Assembly: GCA_000708835.1 (NCBI GenBank)
Contig: DF237231.1
Coordinates: 1 to 64,000 of the forward strand
Source of the DNA: Klebsormidium nitens
Lineage: Eukaryota; Plantae; Klebsormidiophyceae
DNA length: 64,000 nt
Direction of reading: 5' to 3'
In this document: positions 10,201 through 20,625 of the stretch, piece after piece
How the letters are laid out: the number at the start of each line of letters is the position of its first letter
How positions within the stretch are numbered: position 1 is the stretch's first letter
Notes under the pieces: generated by a model
What the model was told of the DNA's origin: nothing
The model's database searches: none
Seen by the model: the letters and a program-made list of their open reading frames with translations, nothing else
Program-made: the position numbers and the translations under genes

Positions 10201-13200
10201 CGTTTACAAGGCCCCGGTCGCGCAGTTCGGGGACGTCGGTCGCCGAGAGGACTCGGACGTCCCCCGGGTGGAGGCACGGGTTTTTGGCGACGATGGTGAG
10301 ACCGGTGACTAGGGTCGGGGAGGACTCTTCTGGACGCTGGAGCTGGAGGAAGATCTCGCCTTCCTGCGAGTGACCGTGGCGTTGTGAGTTGCTGAAGGCA
10401 GAAGCTCTACAAACGGGCTCGCTTTGCGGGTATTAGCGCGTCAGTGGTGAGCAAAGAGGAGAGGAAGATTCTGAGAAAGGGCATCAAGGAGGCTGCCTCA
10501 AAGGCCGCTCATGAGAGTCGCGAAAGAGTTGGACTCGTGAGGGTGACGTCAAGCCGCCGGACCAACGTTCTATGAATGTGTCGTATTCCAATCCTTCGAA
10601 GAAGGTGATTATAGGCCCCGATCGCTCACGAAGCAGGGAAAAGGAGCCCTGCGAAAGAACCGCAGATATCCCTGCCGAATCTGTAGGCTGCACAATCAGG
10701 AACAGAGATAGTAACCCAAAAATCCGGCCGACTCGCCTGTAGTGTGGCCGTCTCGTCCATGACGCCGTAGCACCAGCCGCCCTTTTCCACGAAGATGCGC
10801 GCCTTGGAGCGCAGTTCCTTCAGTTGAGAACTAGCAATACACTGCAACATGCCGCGCAGGTACGGCTCCGACTTGGGTCGAAACCCAGCCCTGGAGAAGA
10901 AGGACACGAGTTTGGGCGGTGAGTTCTGGTCGGTTACGGGCTGGTTAGAAGCTGGTTCTGTGTACATGACCAGATTCGGGTGGTGACCAGAAAGTTTACA
11001 AAGATAAAGCCCGGCTGTTTGTACGATAACCAGACTCAAGATTGATTGTTCAGCCTGGCTAGCAGCGAACACGGGAAGCTGGTTCTTAACGGGCTGATCG
11101 GATTGCTGAATCGGAAGCAGAGCCTGATGGCAAAAGCCAGATTGCAAGGAGAATCAGAAGAGTCTCAGACAAGAAAAGGAACAAGTCTGTGAGCCCGAGA
11201 AATGAGAGAGTCGCTGAATCAAGATTGGTAGCTTGACGTTGATCAAAATGCGGCATTTTCTTCTGAGCCTCATCGCGTACCTGCCTCAATGTACAGCAGC
11301 AACTGATAACACACTGGCGGGGTGCGGTCTGCCTGCACTTAAGATAGTCAACGCGGAGTACTCATCTGCATGTGCTTCTGCAGATGAACGAAACAGCGAG
11401 CGCACATGCAAGTGTCATTCATAAAGCAACTCTCTCATCTGCACCACGTCCCAATCTCCAGCCATTCCCCCCGCCTGCCCACCTGAGCATCTGGAGCGCC
11501 TGGTGCCCGTCCCCCGAGCACGACTTCTCCAGCACCTCGATCGCCTTCCGGTGGTCGGTGAGCATCCCCCGGACCCTCCGCAGCTGTGCGTCCTGCGGTT
11601 AAGGTTGGCTCCCTTTCAATACGCCTTGCGCTATAGAACTCCAGCAACTGAGAACCCTAAGAAAAACGGTCGGACTCCGTGTATGCATACACAAGGAATG
11701 TGTCGTATCTTTGAAAAGCCCTTTCAAAGATAATACTTCTGCACGTTTGTATGTAAGATGGAGGAAAAACAGGCCCTATACGGATGCATATGCGAACTCC
11801 AGAGGATCACACGGAACACGCTTAACAACATGAAGGGAGTGGGAGCTACGCTATTCAGTGGGTCAAAAAAAGGGTTTAGGACCCAACCCTACCTGCAGCT
11901 CCTCGAACACCCTGTCGTGTATCCCGAGCGCCACCAGCAGGGTTATGATCTGTCGGTTAAGGTAACTCGGGGAGAAGCTGCTCCAGCCCACGATCTCCAG
12001 GTCTTGGTGCATGGAGTCGAACTTGCGCATGGAGTCGCGCAGGATTAGGGTCGCGGTGCAAGTGGGGTCTGAAACGACCATTCCTTTGCAGCCGGCGTAA
12101 CGGATTTGATAGGCGGACGGAACGGCGGAAAGGCCGAGGATGCGCGCGACGTCGGCCGCCGCGGCGGGGGAAATCTTGCCGACGCCGTCTGCGGGAGACC
12201 GGTGTATGAGGTGATTACGGTTGATAGTTATCACCAGCAGTTTGGACGTTGTTCAGTTCCGAGTCAGGATCAAAGAACACAGAATCGCGTTTAGCAAGCG
12301 ACGAAAAGAGTTCTGGGGACGCGAAGTACAAACGCGAAAAGATGTGGAACCCGCCGGTAAGAAAATCAAGGTTGAGGGAAATCTTTCCTGATAGACTCAC
12401 AGCAAAACCCTACCTTGTTGCCGCGTTTTGTGTCTGAACCTTGCTCCTTGCATACGTTATCGAGCTATCATGCGACGAAACGGCCTCGCAAGCTTTGGTT
12501 TCGTAACCTAGACAAGCATCTCAGCAGGCAGAACCGTCGGACGTCCGCACCGGAGAAGATGTGTCTGTTTCGTCGGACGTCCGGCAGCGAGCAGGCGCGA
12601 TCCGGCGGTACTTTCAGCGTGCTCGTGGACGTTGAGAAGCAGAGCGCCATGCGGGCTGCCAGCTTCGACCTGTGAAGGTGCACACATCTTGAGGTCGGGC
12701 TTGAGTAGCCTGCGCAACGACTTAGGAGAAGCTGGAGATCTCGACAGGAAATGATCACCGGTCTGTTTTGATGGAGCTGACTTCTTGCCGTCTGCACTGA
12801 CGGAACGGGGCTACTCCATACCAATCGTAGAAAAAGCTATCGTGACGAAGTTAGCAAGCGATACTTTTCAACCTGGACATTACGCGACTTTGCACAGAAA
12901 AGTTGAAGTAACTCTGCGGCTTCAATGGTCTCTCACTTAATTTCCAAAATCAAGAAAGAGACATTCTTACACAGTATCCTACCGCGACCTCAAGGAAATT
13001 GGTCATCTCCGGCCTAAACTCAATCTGTCCCCCTTTTAGAACTACTTGCTCCCCAAGAAATGTCTTTCCTCTCACCGGTTCGTGAAGTTCGTGAAATTGC
13101 CCATGTCCACCCAGATCGCCTCCACGCTGACGTCGCTGCTGGGCGCGAAGAACCACGCGGAGCGCTCGCGCATCTGGTTGGTCGACGCGCCGCAGAACTC

Positions 13201-16200
13201 GTAGCGCCGCCCCGCCAGCACGAACCCGTTTTTGCACACGGCCGCCACGCGCTCGAAGATGCGGGTGTCCGTCGGTTTGACGCGGACGTCTTTGCTCAGA
13301 AACTGGGGGACCGGGGCTCGGAGGGCGGCTGCGAGAAATAGCGCGAACAATCCTCTTTAGTGGGCATTTTATTATCTGGCAATTGTTGAATCAGAGTTTC
13401 ATGCTTATGATAAGTGTCCGTCGGTTTTGACGCGGACGTTTGTGCTCAGAAGCTGGGGGGCCGGGGCTCGGAGGGCCGCTGCGGGAAGAGGAAGGATTCA
13501 GTGGGCGATCCCATTCTCCAAGGGATACTTGGTGGAACAATGATTTATAAAAGATCCGGACGTCTGTGGTTTGACACGGACGTGCTTGCTCAGAAATTGG
13601 AAGACCAGGCCCCGGAGGACCGCTGCGGAAAGAAAAGGGAATCAGTGGGCGATCCATTTCTACGAAATCCCGTTTCCCCAGGGGATACGTGTGAAAGATT
13701 ATACGGCAAAGACGATCCGTTCGTTTGTCGGATTGGCGCGAATGTCTTTGCTCAGGAACTGGGAAACCAGCGCCCGGAGGGCGGCTGAGAGAATAAAGGA
13801 GACAATTTGCCGAGGTCAGCATTGCAATAAGTGGCGAGGGTTTGGTCAAAGTCTTATGTTACACTAACCGATAGTGGTTTCGGTGTCCGCGATTTCGCAC
13901 GTACGGACGTCTGTCTCAGAAACTGGGGCACTGGGGCCCGGAGGGCGGCTGCAGAGACGGAGCGAAATCTGGGGAGCAATCCATGTTTCAAGTACGGAAT
14001 GGTCCTTAGAGCAACATTGCTCGGCTGCTTTCAGCCGGTGAGAAACTCGGGTACGGAATTGTGCTCGTAAGAATGACCTAGAGGCTCACTTGTTGCTCCC
14101 TTAGTGCGGATTCGAAGCGAAGATTGGGAGTCTTGAATAGGCGGTCGGAAGAGGCGATTGTAGACGAAACGATAGGGACTGGATGTGTCAAATTCCACAC
14201 GGGCCCGTCAAAGCTTCGACAGCAAAGATAGGCCGGATTGCCAATCTAAACGAAACAACGACAAGAGATGTGTATGTTTCGCCTCACCGTTGCCCAGATG
14301 CCCCAGATCCTCTTCAGTAAAGAACACGCGCAGGAAGCGGTCCGTCAGCTCCGGCCGCCGCCTCAGGATCCTGTTTCCTAGCTCCATGTACGGCCCTGCC
14401 ACGTGGACCCGCAGCGGGGTAATCGCCACTTGACGCACCGGCAATAGCTGGCTGGCCGGGGGGAGGGGTTCTGAACTTAAGCGGGGTTTTGATTGGAGGG
14501 TTCCACGAGGGTTTGGCTGGAGGGTTTCGGGCGGGGTTTGCTGGAGGGGTCTCGGCGAAGGGGCTCGAAGGTTTTCTAACAGAGCGGCAAAGGCGGTGTC
14601 TTCGTCGTCGAGTTCGCTACTCGACTCGGAAGCCAGTTCCTCGGTCGAGGTTTCGTCGGACGACGGCGGCCGGTGTTCGAGCAGATGCCACTGCGCTAGT
14701 TGCTCTCCCAAACCCTCCGTTTGGAGGTTAACCATATTTTCGGGTGGCGCACTTAGAGCGTTTATTTTTGGAGACTTTAGGACGGTCCGGGGAGTAGAGC
14801 CGCTTTCGGACAGTCCGTCCGAGCTCGAGCTTTCGGACGCCGCGTCGCTCGCGCTTTCCGCCAGCTCCGCATCAATGAGCGTTCGCAGCTCCGCAGGGGG
14901 GTTCGCTAGGGGGGTGTTCGAGCCCCCCGTAAAGCGCATCTTTTCGAGGGCCCGTTCAGCCGCGTCCGGCGCCGTCCGTTTCAGCAGTCCGAAAAAGGCC
15001 TCGTCTAAAGTCGATTCGCTCACAATGCCGTCGAGCACCAGAGCATTCACCATAAAGGCGAGCGGGAATTCAAGGCTTCGGGGGTAAAAACGCCCAGCGG
15101 GACGGCCCCCCCGAACTTGGGCACTTTGGGGGGAGAGCCGTGCGAGACGCTGATGTCAGTGGGGGCCGCGGCGGGCCGGTGCTGGAGACGCTCCACGATG
15201 CTTTTGCAGGTTTTGTAGTGGGAGGGGGGGGCTGAGACCAGGTAGGCGAGGCTGCGGCCCATGGTCTGGTTGGGGGAGGGGTCGGTGGTGCGGATGTAGG
15301 GGTCCTCGTCCTCGTCGTACCTGAGAGGATAGTAAACTAGTCCACTTCTCAAGTATTAAAGAAGCAAGCTGGAAGTGACTCAAAACCGGTGGTATTGAAG
15401 AAGTGGAGTCACGATCGAGCAAGCAAGAGGGTCTGTCTGGAGCGGTTCCTCTGTCTTGGCAATTCTCACGAAAGCATCTCCACAACTTTCTCTACGCAGA
15501 TCCATGTTCCAGAAGAAACACAACACTCAAGATAATGGCAGTTGAGATGAGCCAGCCTGGTGATCTTTACGTGGTCAATGGGTGATCTATAGCAGGCCAG
15601 GCTTGCCGCTAGTCTTGTCACCAGAGAGATGCCTCACAAATGTAAAATACTACATAATCTCTCTTGGATGTCCAAGCCGAATCACGGACAAATTTTTTAA
15701 AAGCGTACAAGCCTTCTCTTCCCTTCCAACAAGCACTCTTATAAGTAGACCAGCATAGCGCTTTGATCATAAGCAGGACATCATCTGCAGTCAAAGACTC
15801 GACCATAAGAGCTTAATAACCAGAGAGGAAGGGTATTCGCGAACAGGGCAGAAGAGCTTGGACTGCAACATTTGGCAGCAGACGTCAGACACCAAAGGGC
15901 GTGAGACATGAGACCCTCAAGGTCAACAACGTATGTTGCTGCAGACAGCGGTTGAAACCCTCTGCAAAATCCTCTGCAAACCCTCACCATAGAAAGCGTG
16001 ACTGCAGCTTGGGATCTTCATATGTCTCCCGCGCCGGGAGGCGGTAGGACACCCGGGGGGGTTTCCACAGCTGGATCAGCAGCGGGACGCTCACCCGCCC
16101 CGCATTCAGAACATTCTTTAGCTCCCGCACTCTCCTGACGTCCCTCATGTGACTAGTCAGCACGACGTCGATCAGACCCTTTGCTCCCGGGGTGGAGTTT

Positions 16201-16688
16201 AGCTTGGAGTTGCTGGTCTGAAAGTACCAGCGAACCAGCCCCCGGGCAAAGTCAAACTCGACGTCGAGCCCCCGGTCGGAGGCGTTCCACAGAACACTCA
16301 TCTCGTGGGGGGTGACGAGTGTCCCCATGTGAAGCGAGCACCGGCTGAGCTTCAGCGGGGGGCGCTTCTGCCCAGCAACGCTCGCCCCCCGCCGCGTGTT
16401 CCCCAGCCGCAATTGCAAGGTCCGGCCCCCCAGAACGAGCGCCTCGTCCCCTGACAGCCCACATGCCTCCTTTGCCCACTCCTCAGAAGCGAAATCAACG
16501 AACGCCACCAGCTCTCGTGAGGGGGGTTGGCCACGGAAGGCTTCCCCGGTGTGCTCTTTGATTGCGAACCTCAGGATCCAGTAACCCGCTCCCGCATCTA
16601 GCAGGTTGACGAGCGCTTTGGCGGTGCATTTGTCAGGCAGGTTGGTGATCGTGACCTGGGTGCTGTGCTTCTCAGGGTCAGCGTCCAT
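7214..16688 (-). CDS. RDR6: RNA-dependent RNA polymerase, RDR6-like (RDR-alpha), 11 exons, about 1315 aa, one 1-nt frameshift in the assembly
   Basis: Exons: 16688-15988, 15320-14288, 13328-13076, 12669-12551, 12188-11893, 11592-11483, 10890-10737, 10363-10016, 9247-9011, 8383-8043, 7568-7214. All phases are compatible except for one missing nt in exon 2. Motifs: N-terminal RRM-like region, PYIRTTD, ITPLRVHVAGPYMELGNRILR, NQMRERSAWFF, KLAARMALCFS, FSDGVGKI, AYQIRYAGCKG, LNRQIITLL, KNPCLHPGDVR, SGSDLDGDIYFV, NAHVVHAD, AVDFPKTG, YSFAW. The RDR6 rather than RDR1/2 assignment is by eye. Confidence 0.93.
9200..9440 (-). repeat. Two-copy duplication (~160 bp spacing) of the RDR exon-9 acceptor and exon start
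   Basis: The true site gcag|gacgccgtcgagaacttcttgagcagcatccgcacc (exon start 9247) is copied as gcag|gacgccgtcgagaaagtcctcagcagcatcccgacc at about 9361-9440; the copy reads DAVEKVLSSIPTDPIG*. Confidence 0.9.
13270..13965 (-). repeat. Five-copy degenerate tandem array (144-164 bp units) of the RDR exon-3 acceptor plus exon 5' end
   Basis: CAG acceptors end at 13329 (true), 13479, 13623, 13785 and 13949. Each has a pyrimidine tract before it and a ccgccctccg..cccag..tctgagc-like sequence after it. Confidence 0.92.
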
Positions 16689-17193
16689 AATGTGGGCGCC
16701 AATTTGCCTGCTGTATTTGTTTTCAAGAAAAAACTTCCGCCATGAAATGAGGCGGCGCGCGCGTTCAAGGGCCAATGTGGCCTTCTGAAAGCTGAAGAAG
16801 AGACTTAGGAGGACAATGTAGGTTGTTCCTGCTGATGGTGAGACAGGAAGGTGGTCTCAATCGGCGGCCCTAGACGACCCGCCTCCCGTCAAACCTCCAA
16901 GCTCCACTGTCAGTGTCACAGCTCGTGAGCTAGTTAACTCTGGTCTTTGCAGATTGCGCGCAGCATCTAGAGCTGGAATATGTGCATGAAAGCTCTACCT
17001 TTACCGGCCTTGGTCACTGACCGTCAGTGACTCTGATTTAAGAACGTTACCGTTGTCAGTCACTGCCGCTATTGAGTCGGGCTTTTCTTCCGCTTCCACT
17101 ACTAGGCTTGACGTCATTCAATCGCCGACGCAGCTGCCCGGGGTCTCTGCCGGTTTCCCGGATGCATCCTGGCCGAGCCGAATTCAAAACCCT

Positions 17194-17257
17194 GTATAAA
17201 CCCTCAGCGTCCTGCCGCGGGCCCGCGGCGGCTTGTCTCAGGCTCCAGATATTATAC
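17194..17257. promoter_or_regulatory. Putative bidirectional promoter core between RDR and BTB paralog 1
   Basis: Perfect 16-bp palindrome gccgcgggcccgcggc (17214-17229), flanked by TATAAA on + (17195-17200) and TATAAT on - (17256-17251). It lies between two divergent genes. Confidence 0.35.
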
Positions 17258-18330
17258 GAGTTTGAAGCTCTCTGGATTTCAAGTTTTCTTCTGAATGACC
17301 GCTTCCAGTCGTGCGCGATGCACTGCCGTGTAGGCACACCTGGACACGTTCTTCGTCAATCCGGGGACTGCTGCCCGGGCGCTTCTGTGAGACAGTGACA
17401 GGTGTAGATCTGCGTCAGAACGTCTGTGACCAGGAAGGAAGCCGGCGAGCTACTCAGTTGGCAGCGCTCTGAGGATTAGCGGCAGCAACTGGCGGCTGTG
17501 AATAGCTCCTTGAAAAGGTGAGATCTTCTTGCGCTTTTCCATCAGTCCTCTGTTTCGGCAGCAGCATTTGTTCATATAGGCTGCCGCCAAACAGAATCAG
17601 TTCAATGCATCGGGCTAGTGCTAACTATGCGCTCCGTCAAAACACAAAAACGTTTGTCGAAAGCTGAGATTTTCGTCCTGATTTCCCTGGCACTTGACTA
17701 ACCAGATGTATTTTGATGCGCTTGACCTCATGGCGCTTACTACCGTCAGGTTGATGTTTTGTTCAGTTGAATTATGTGCTTCGACGCAGCACATGAGAAT
17801 CCAAACTCTGAATACAAAATGAATTGCACTGCGTTACATCTTGGATCTCGGCTCATACCCGCCTTGGTGATTTCTGTGCTGTAGCAAGACTCCTTGTCGA
17901 GCAAGTAAGGAAAGTTTGTTCAATAGTTCCATCAGAGAAAGGCAAAATTTGCTGGCGATGCAAGTCTGAAGTTACTTCTAGCCCGGACATGAATAACGTG
18001 CTCTATGATTCCTGATTCTGAGGGACGTCTGCATATATCCCATACCAACCTCAAAGTACTGGATCCACTTTTGTCAATTTGAGTTGTACCAGTTCGCCTG
18101 CGGCTTCTGATCTACGCTTGCAAGTTCGATGCTACGTACGTCTTACTATTGTCAAGCGTTTCTTTACACAAGAGGCCTGTAGAAATTACTGATCGCACAA
18201 CTTATTGCGAAAGACATTCGGCGCCTTGTTCACGTGGTTCTCCAACTTTGAAGACCCCGTCCCTTTATTCATCTCGTTGTCAACTCTTTTCCACTATGAG
18301 ATTCTCACTCTTGCCGGTCACGATGTGCAG

Positions 18331-19609
18331 ATGGTCTCTTCCGGCGGCGCTTGGTTCGGACGCAAGAAGGGCGCTGCGTCCACCGAAAGTCCGGCCCTGA
18401 TCACGTCCGAACAAATCGACAAAAGCGATGCATATGAGCCGCTGCCCTCCACGTGCGGCTCTCGAAAAGATGAGCACTCAACAGCTGAGGTTCTCTCCGC
18501 CAAAGCGCGCGCCGCTGAAGCGGACGCGCTTCGAGAGCTGGCGGTCGGCGGCCTGCGCGAGGAGGTGACGCGGCTCAAGGGGGAGCTCGCGTGCGCGCGC
18601 GCGCGCCGAGAAGGCGCCCGCGAGCCTGCGCGCGCAGCTGGCGTCCGTGACCCGGGAGCTCGCGGAGGAGCGGCGCGAGAGCGCGCGAAAGACGGCGGAG
18701 ACCGCGGACCTCCGAGAACAAGTTTCGGCGTTGACCAAGACGCTCCCGGAAGAGGAGCGTCAGAGTGCGAAGGAACTTGGGCGGGAGTTGGCGGAAGCGA
18801 AGCGGAACGGCGCGGAACAGGCGGCGCGCGTCGCGGAACTTGAGACCGAGCTGAGGCGCACGCACGAGGCGGGGGCGCGGTGCGGCGAGGAGCGCGAGCG
18901 GCTGAACTTCGCGCTCGCGTTCAACGCGCAAGTGGGCTCCGTTCCGCGCAGCGTCCTGGCGTCCGCTCCGGAGTCGCTGCTGTACAGAATGTACTGCGGG
19001 GATTGGGACTACGCGCGCGATGAAGTGGGGCGCGCGCTCGTTACGTGCCACCCTGACCGGTGGAACGCCGTCCTGGAGCACCTGACGACCGGAGCTGTTC
19101 CGACGGAATGGGATCCGGCGCTCCTGGCGCAGGCGCGGCACTGGAACCTGAGCCGGTTGGTCGAAGGCCTCGAGGCGCTGAGTTTCGGTGTGGTTGTGAC
19201 AAACGACCCGGATCAAGAAGGATTCAAAGCCCGGTGCACGTTCGTGTCTGTGACGAACCAGCTGAGCACCGGGGAGAAAACTGCGCGCGTCGAGTTCGCT
19301 ACGGGCCAGGGGTGCTGGTTTGTTGTGGAAGTAGACCGGAGCGGCGTTGCTCTGGATCCAGTGAAACCGCCTGGAATGAAACAAATGAAACACTCCCTGA
19401 TCTCCTCGTGCAAGTGGCGCGTTCTGCTGCGGACCGAGGACCTCGAGACGGACCAGGGAGTTGCGGGTTCCTCTGCGGACATGCGGACGTCACGTGGGCT
19501 TTTCTGGAATCAGCTGGGCTACACGGTCCACCAGCCGCTCACGGAGCCCTTGGCGCGCGCGCGCGACAGCTTGGTAGTCGAGGTCGAAGCCCGTTTTACG
19601 GTTCTGTAG
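18331..19609 (+). pseudogene. Coiled-coil/BTB(KCTD-T1-like)/MATH-like paralog 1, frameshifted at a (GC)7 tract
   Basis: The ATG follows gatgtgcag as in the other paralogs, and a 5'UTR donor aag|gtgaga lies at 17518. ORFs 18205-18843 and 18647-19609 join if one GC unit is added to (GC)7 at 18593-18606. BTB core: SVPRSVLASAPESLLYRMYCGDWDYARDEVGRALVTCHP...LLAQARHWNL. MATH-like end: DSLVVEVEARF. Confidence 0.75.
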
Positions 19610-19715
19610 CTTTGAACATCGCGGTTGAGAACGAGATAGATGTTATGAGACGTATGGAGTTGCTTCAGTATCAGACACCCAAGAGGTCTCAAGTTTGAGT
19701 TTGACAGGACGCCTT

Positions 19716-19940
19716 AGGTCACCGAGTCGCAAAGCAGTAAAGCAATGTGTATGTAAGTTCTCAAAACCAGCATTCGTATCTGGAGAGCTCTGACAGGATT
19801 TTGGCCACTAATTGAGCCAAATATGTACTCAGGTCACCGAGTCGCAAAGCAGTAAAGCAATGTGCATCTAAGTTCTCACCAGCATCCGTATCTGATCAAG
19901 CTCTGACACGACTTCGGCCAGTAATTCAGCCAAAGATGCT
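19716..19940. repeat. Two-copy ~115-bp imperfect tandem duplication downstream of BTB paralog 1
   Basis: aggtcaccgagtcgcaaagcagtaaagcaatgtg... starts at 19716 and again at 19831. Confidence 0.92.
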
Positions 19941-20625
19941 ACGTTTGTTGCATTACCCTTGTCATTGTCGAATCCTTTGGCAAATCGTTAGAAAAGTATC
20001 GTAGTATCTTCGTAAGGTGCATCGATGGCAGCGGCTACCACTTCATGATGTACTTAGCAGCATTTCCGCCTCATCAGTAGACCATCAACACGCGTCTTCT
20101 TTGCACCATGAGCATCGCTTGTGTTGACGAACAATCTTACAGGGCCACTTGGATTGAGCGAATTGCTCTCAACTTGACGCAACGTGGACCGTGCAGATTT
20201 TCGAGGCTTTGGAGATAGATGTACTCAATAGGGGCCGCTCATGCGCATTAAATGACCGTGCAATGCATCCGATAATCTAGAGCTTCTTGAGATGGTGGCT
20301 ATAACGTTTTGCTTCTTTTTAATCTTAGGGTCCTGAACTATGGCCTCTATGCTTACAAATAGGTCTTCAAAAGCTTTCAGCCGTTCCTATAAGCCACTGA
20401 AAACGAGACTTGACAATCGACCTGAGCGTATATGCGATCGTCATCCTAACATATGCAAGTCAACAGATTTTCGAAACTCCATCACGTGGTGAGCATTTTG
20501 GTACCTATTGGGGAGGCATCGTCATAATAGTTAGCCACCAGCACCCATGACGGAGATATGAGCTTAGTCAATACACGTTTGCAAGCCAAACGTCCCCGTT
20601 GGGTTTTCTGCAAGCTTCTAGGTAG

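Noticed and set aside
14010-14075. Possible sixth copy of the RDR acceptor repeat
   Set aside because: Only a short gagaaactcggg-like remnant; too decayed to support.
15146-15195. Possible 47-nt intron (gtggag...ctgacatcag) that would also repair the RDR frame
   Set aside because: Weak donor and very short; it would also discard the frame whose PKFGGAVP segment aligns with RDR6. A 1-nt homopolymer loss is simpler.
13270-19940. Repeat arrays considered as CRISPR-like
   Set aside because: Units are degenerate copies of host exon or flank sequence with no constant-repeat/unique-spacer structure and no cas genes; eukaryotic context.
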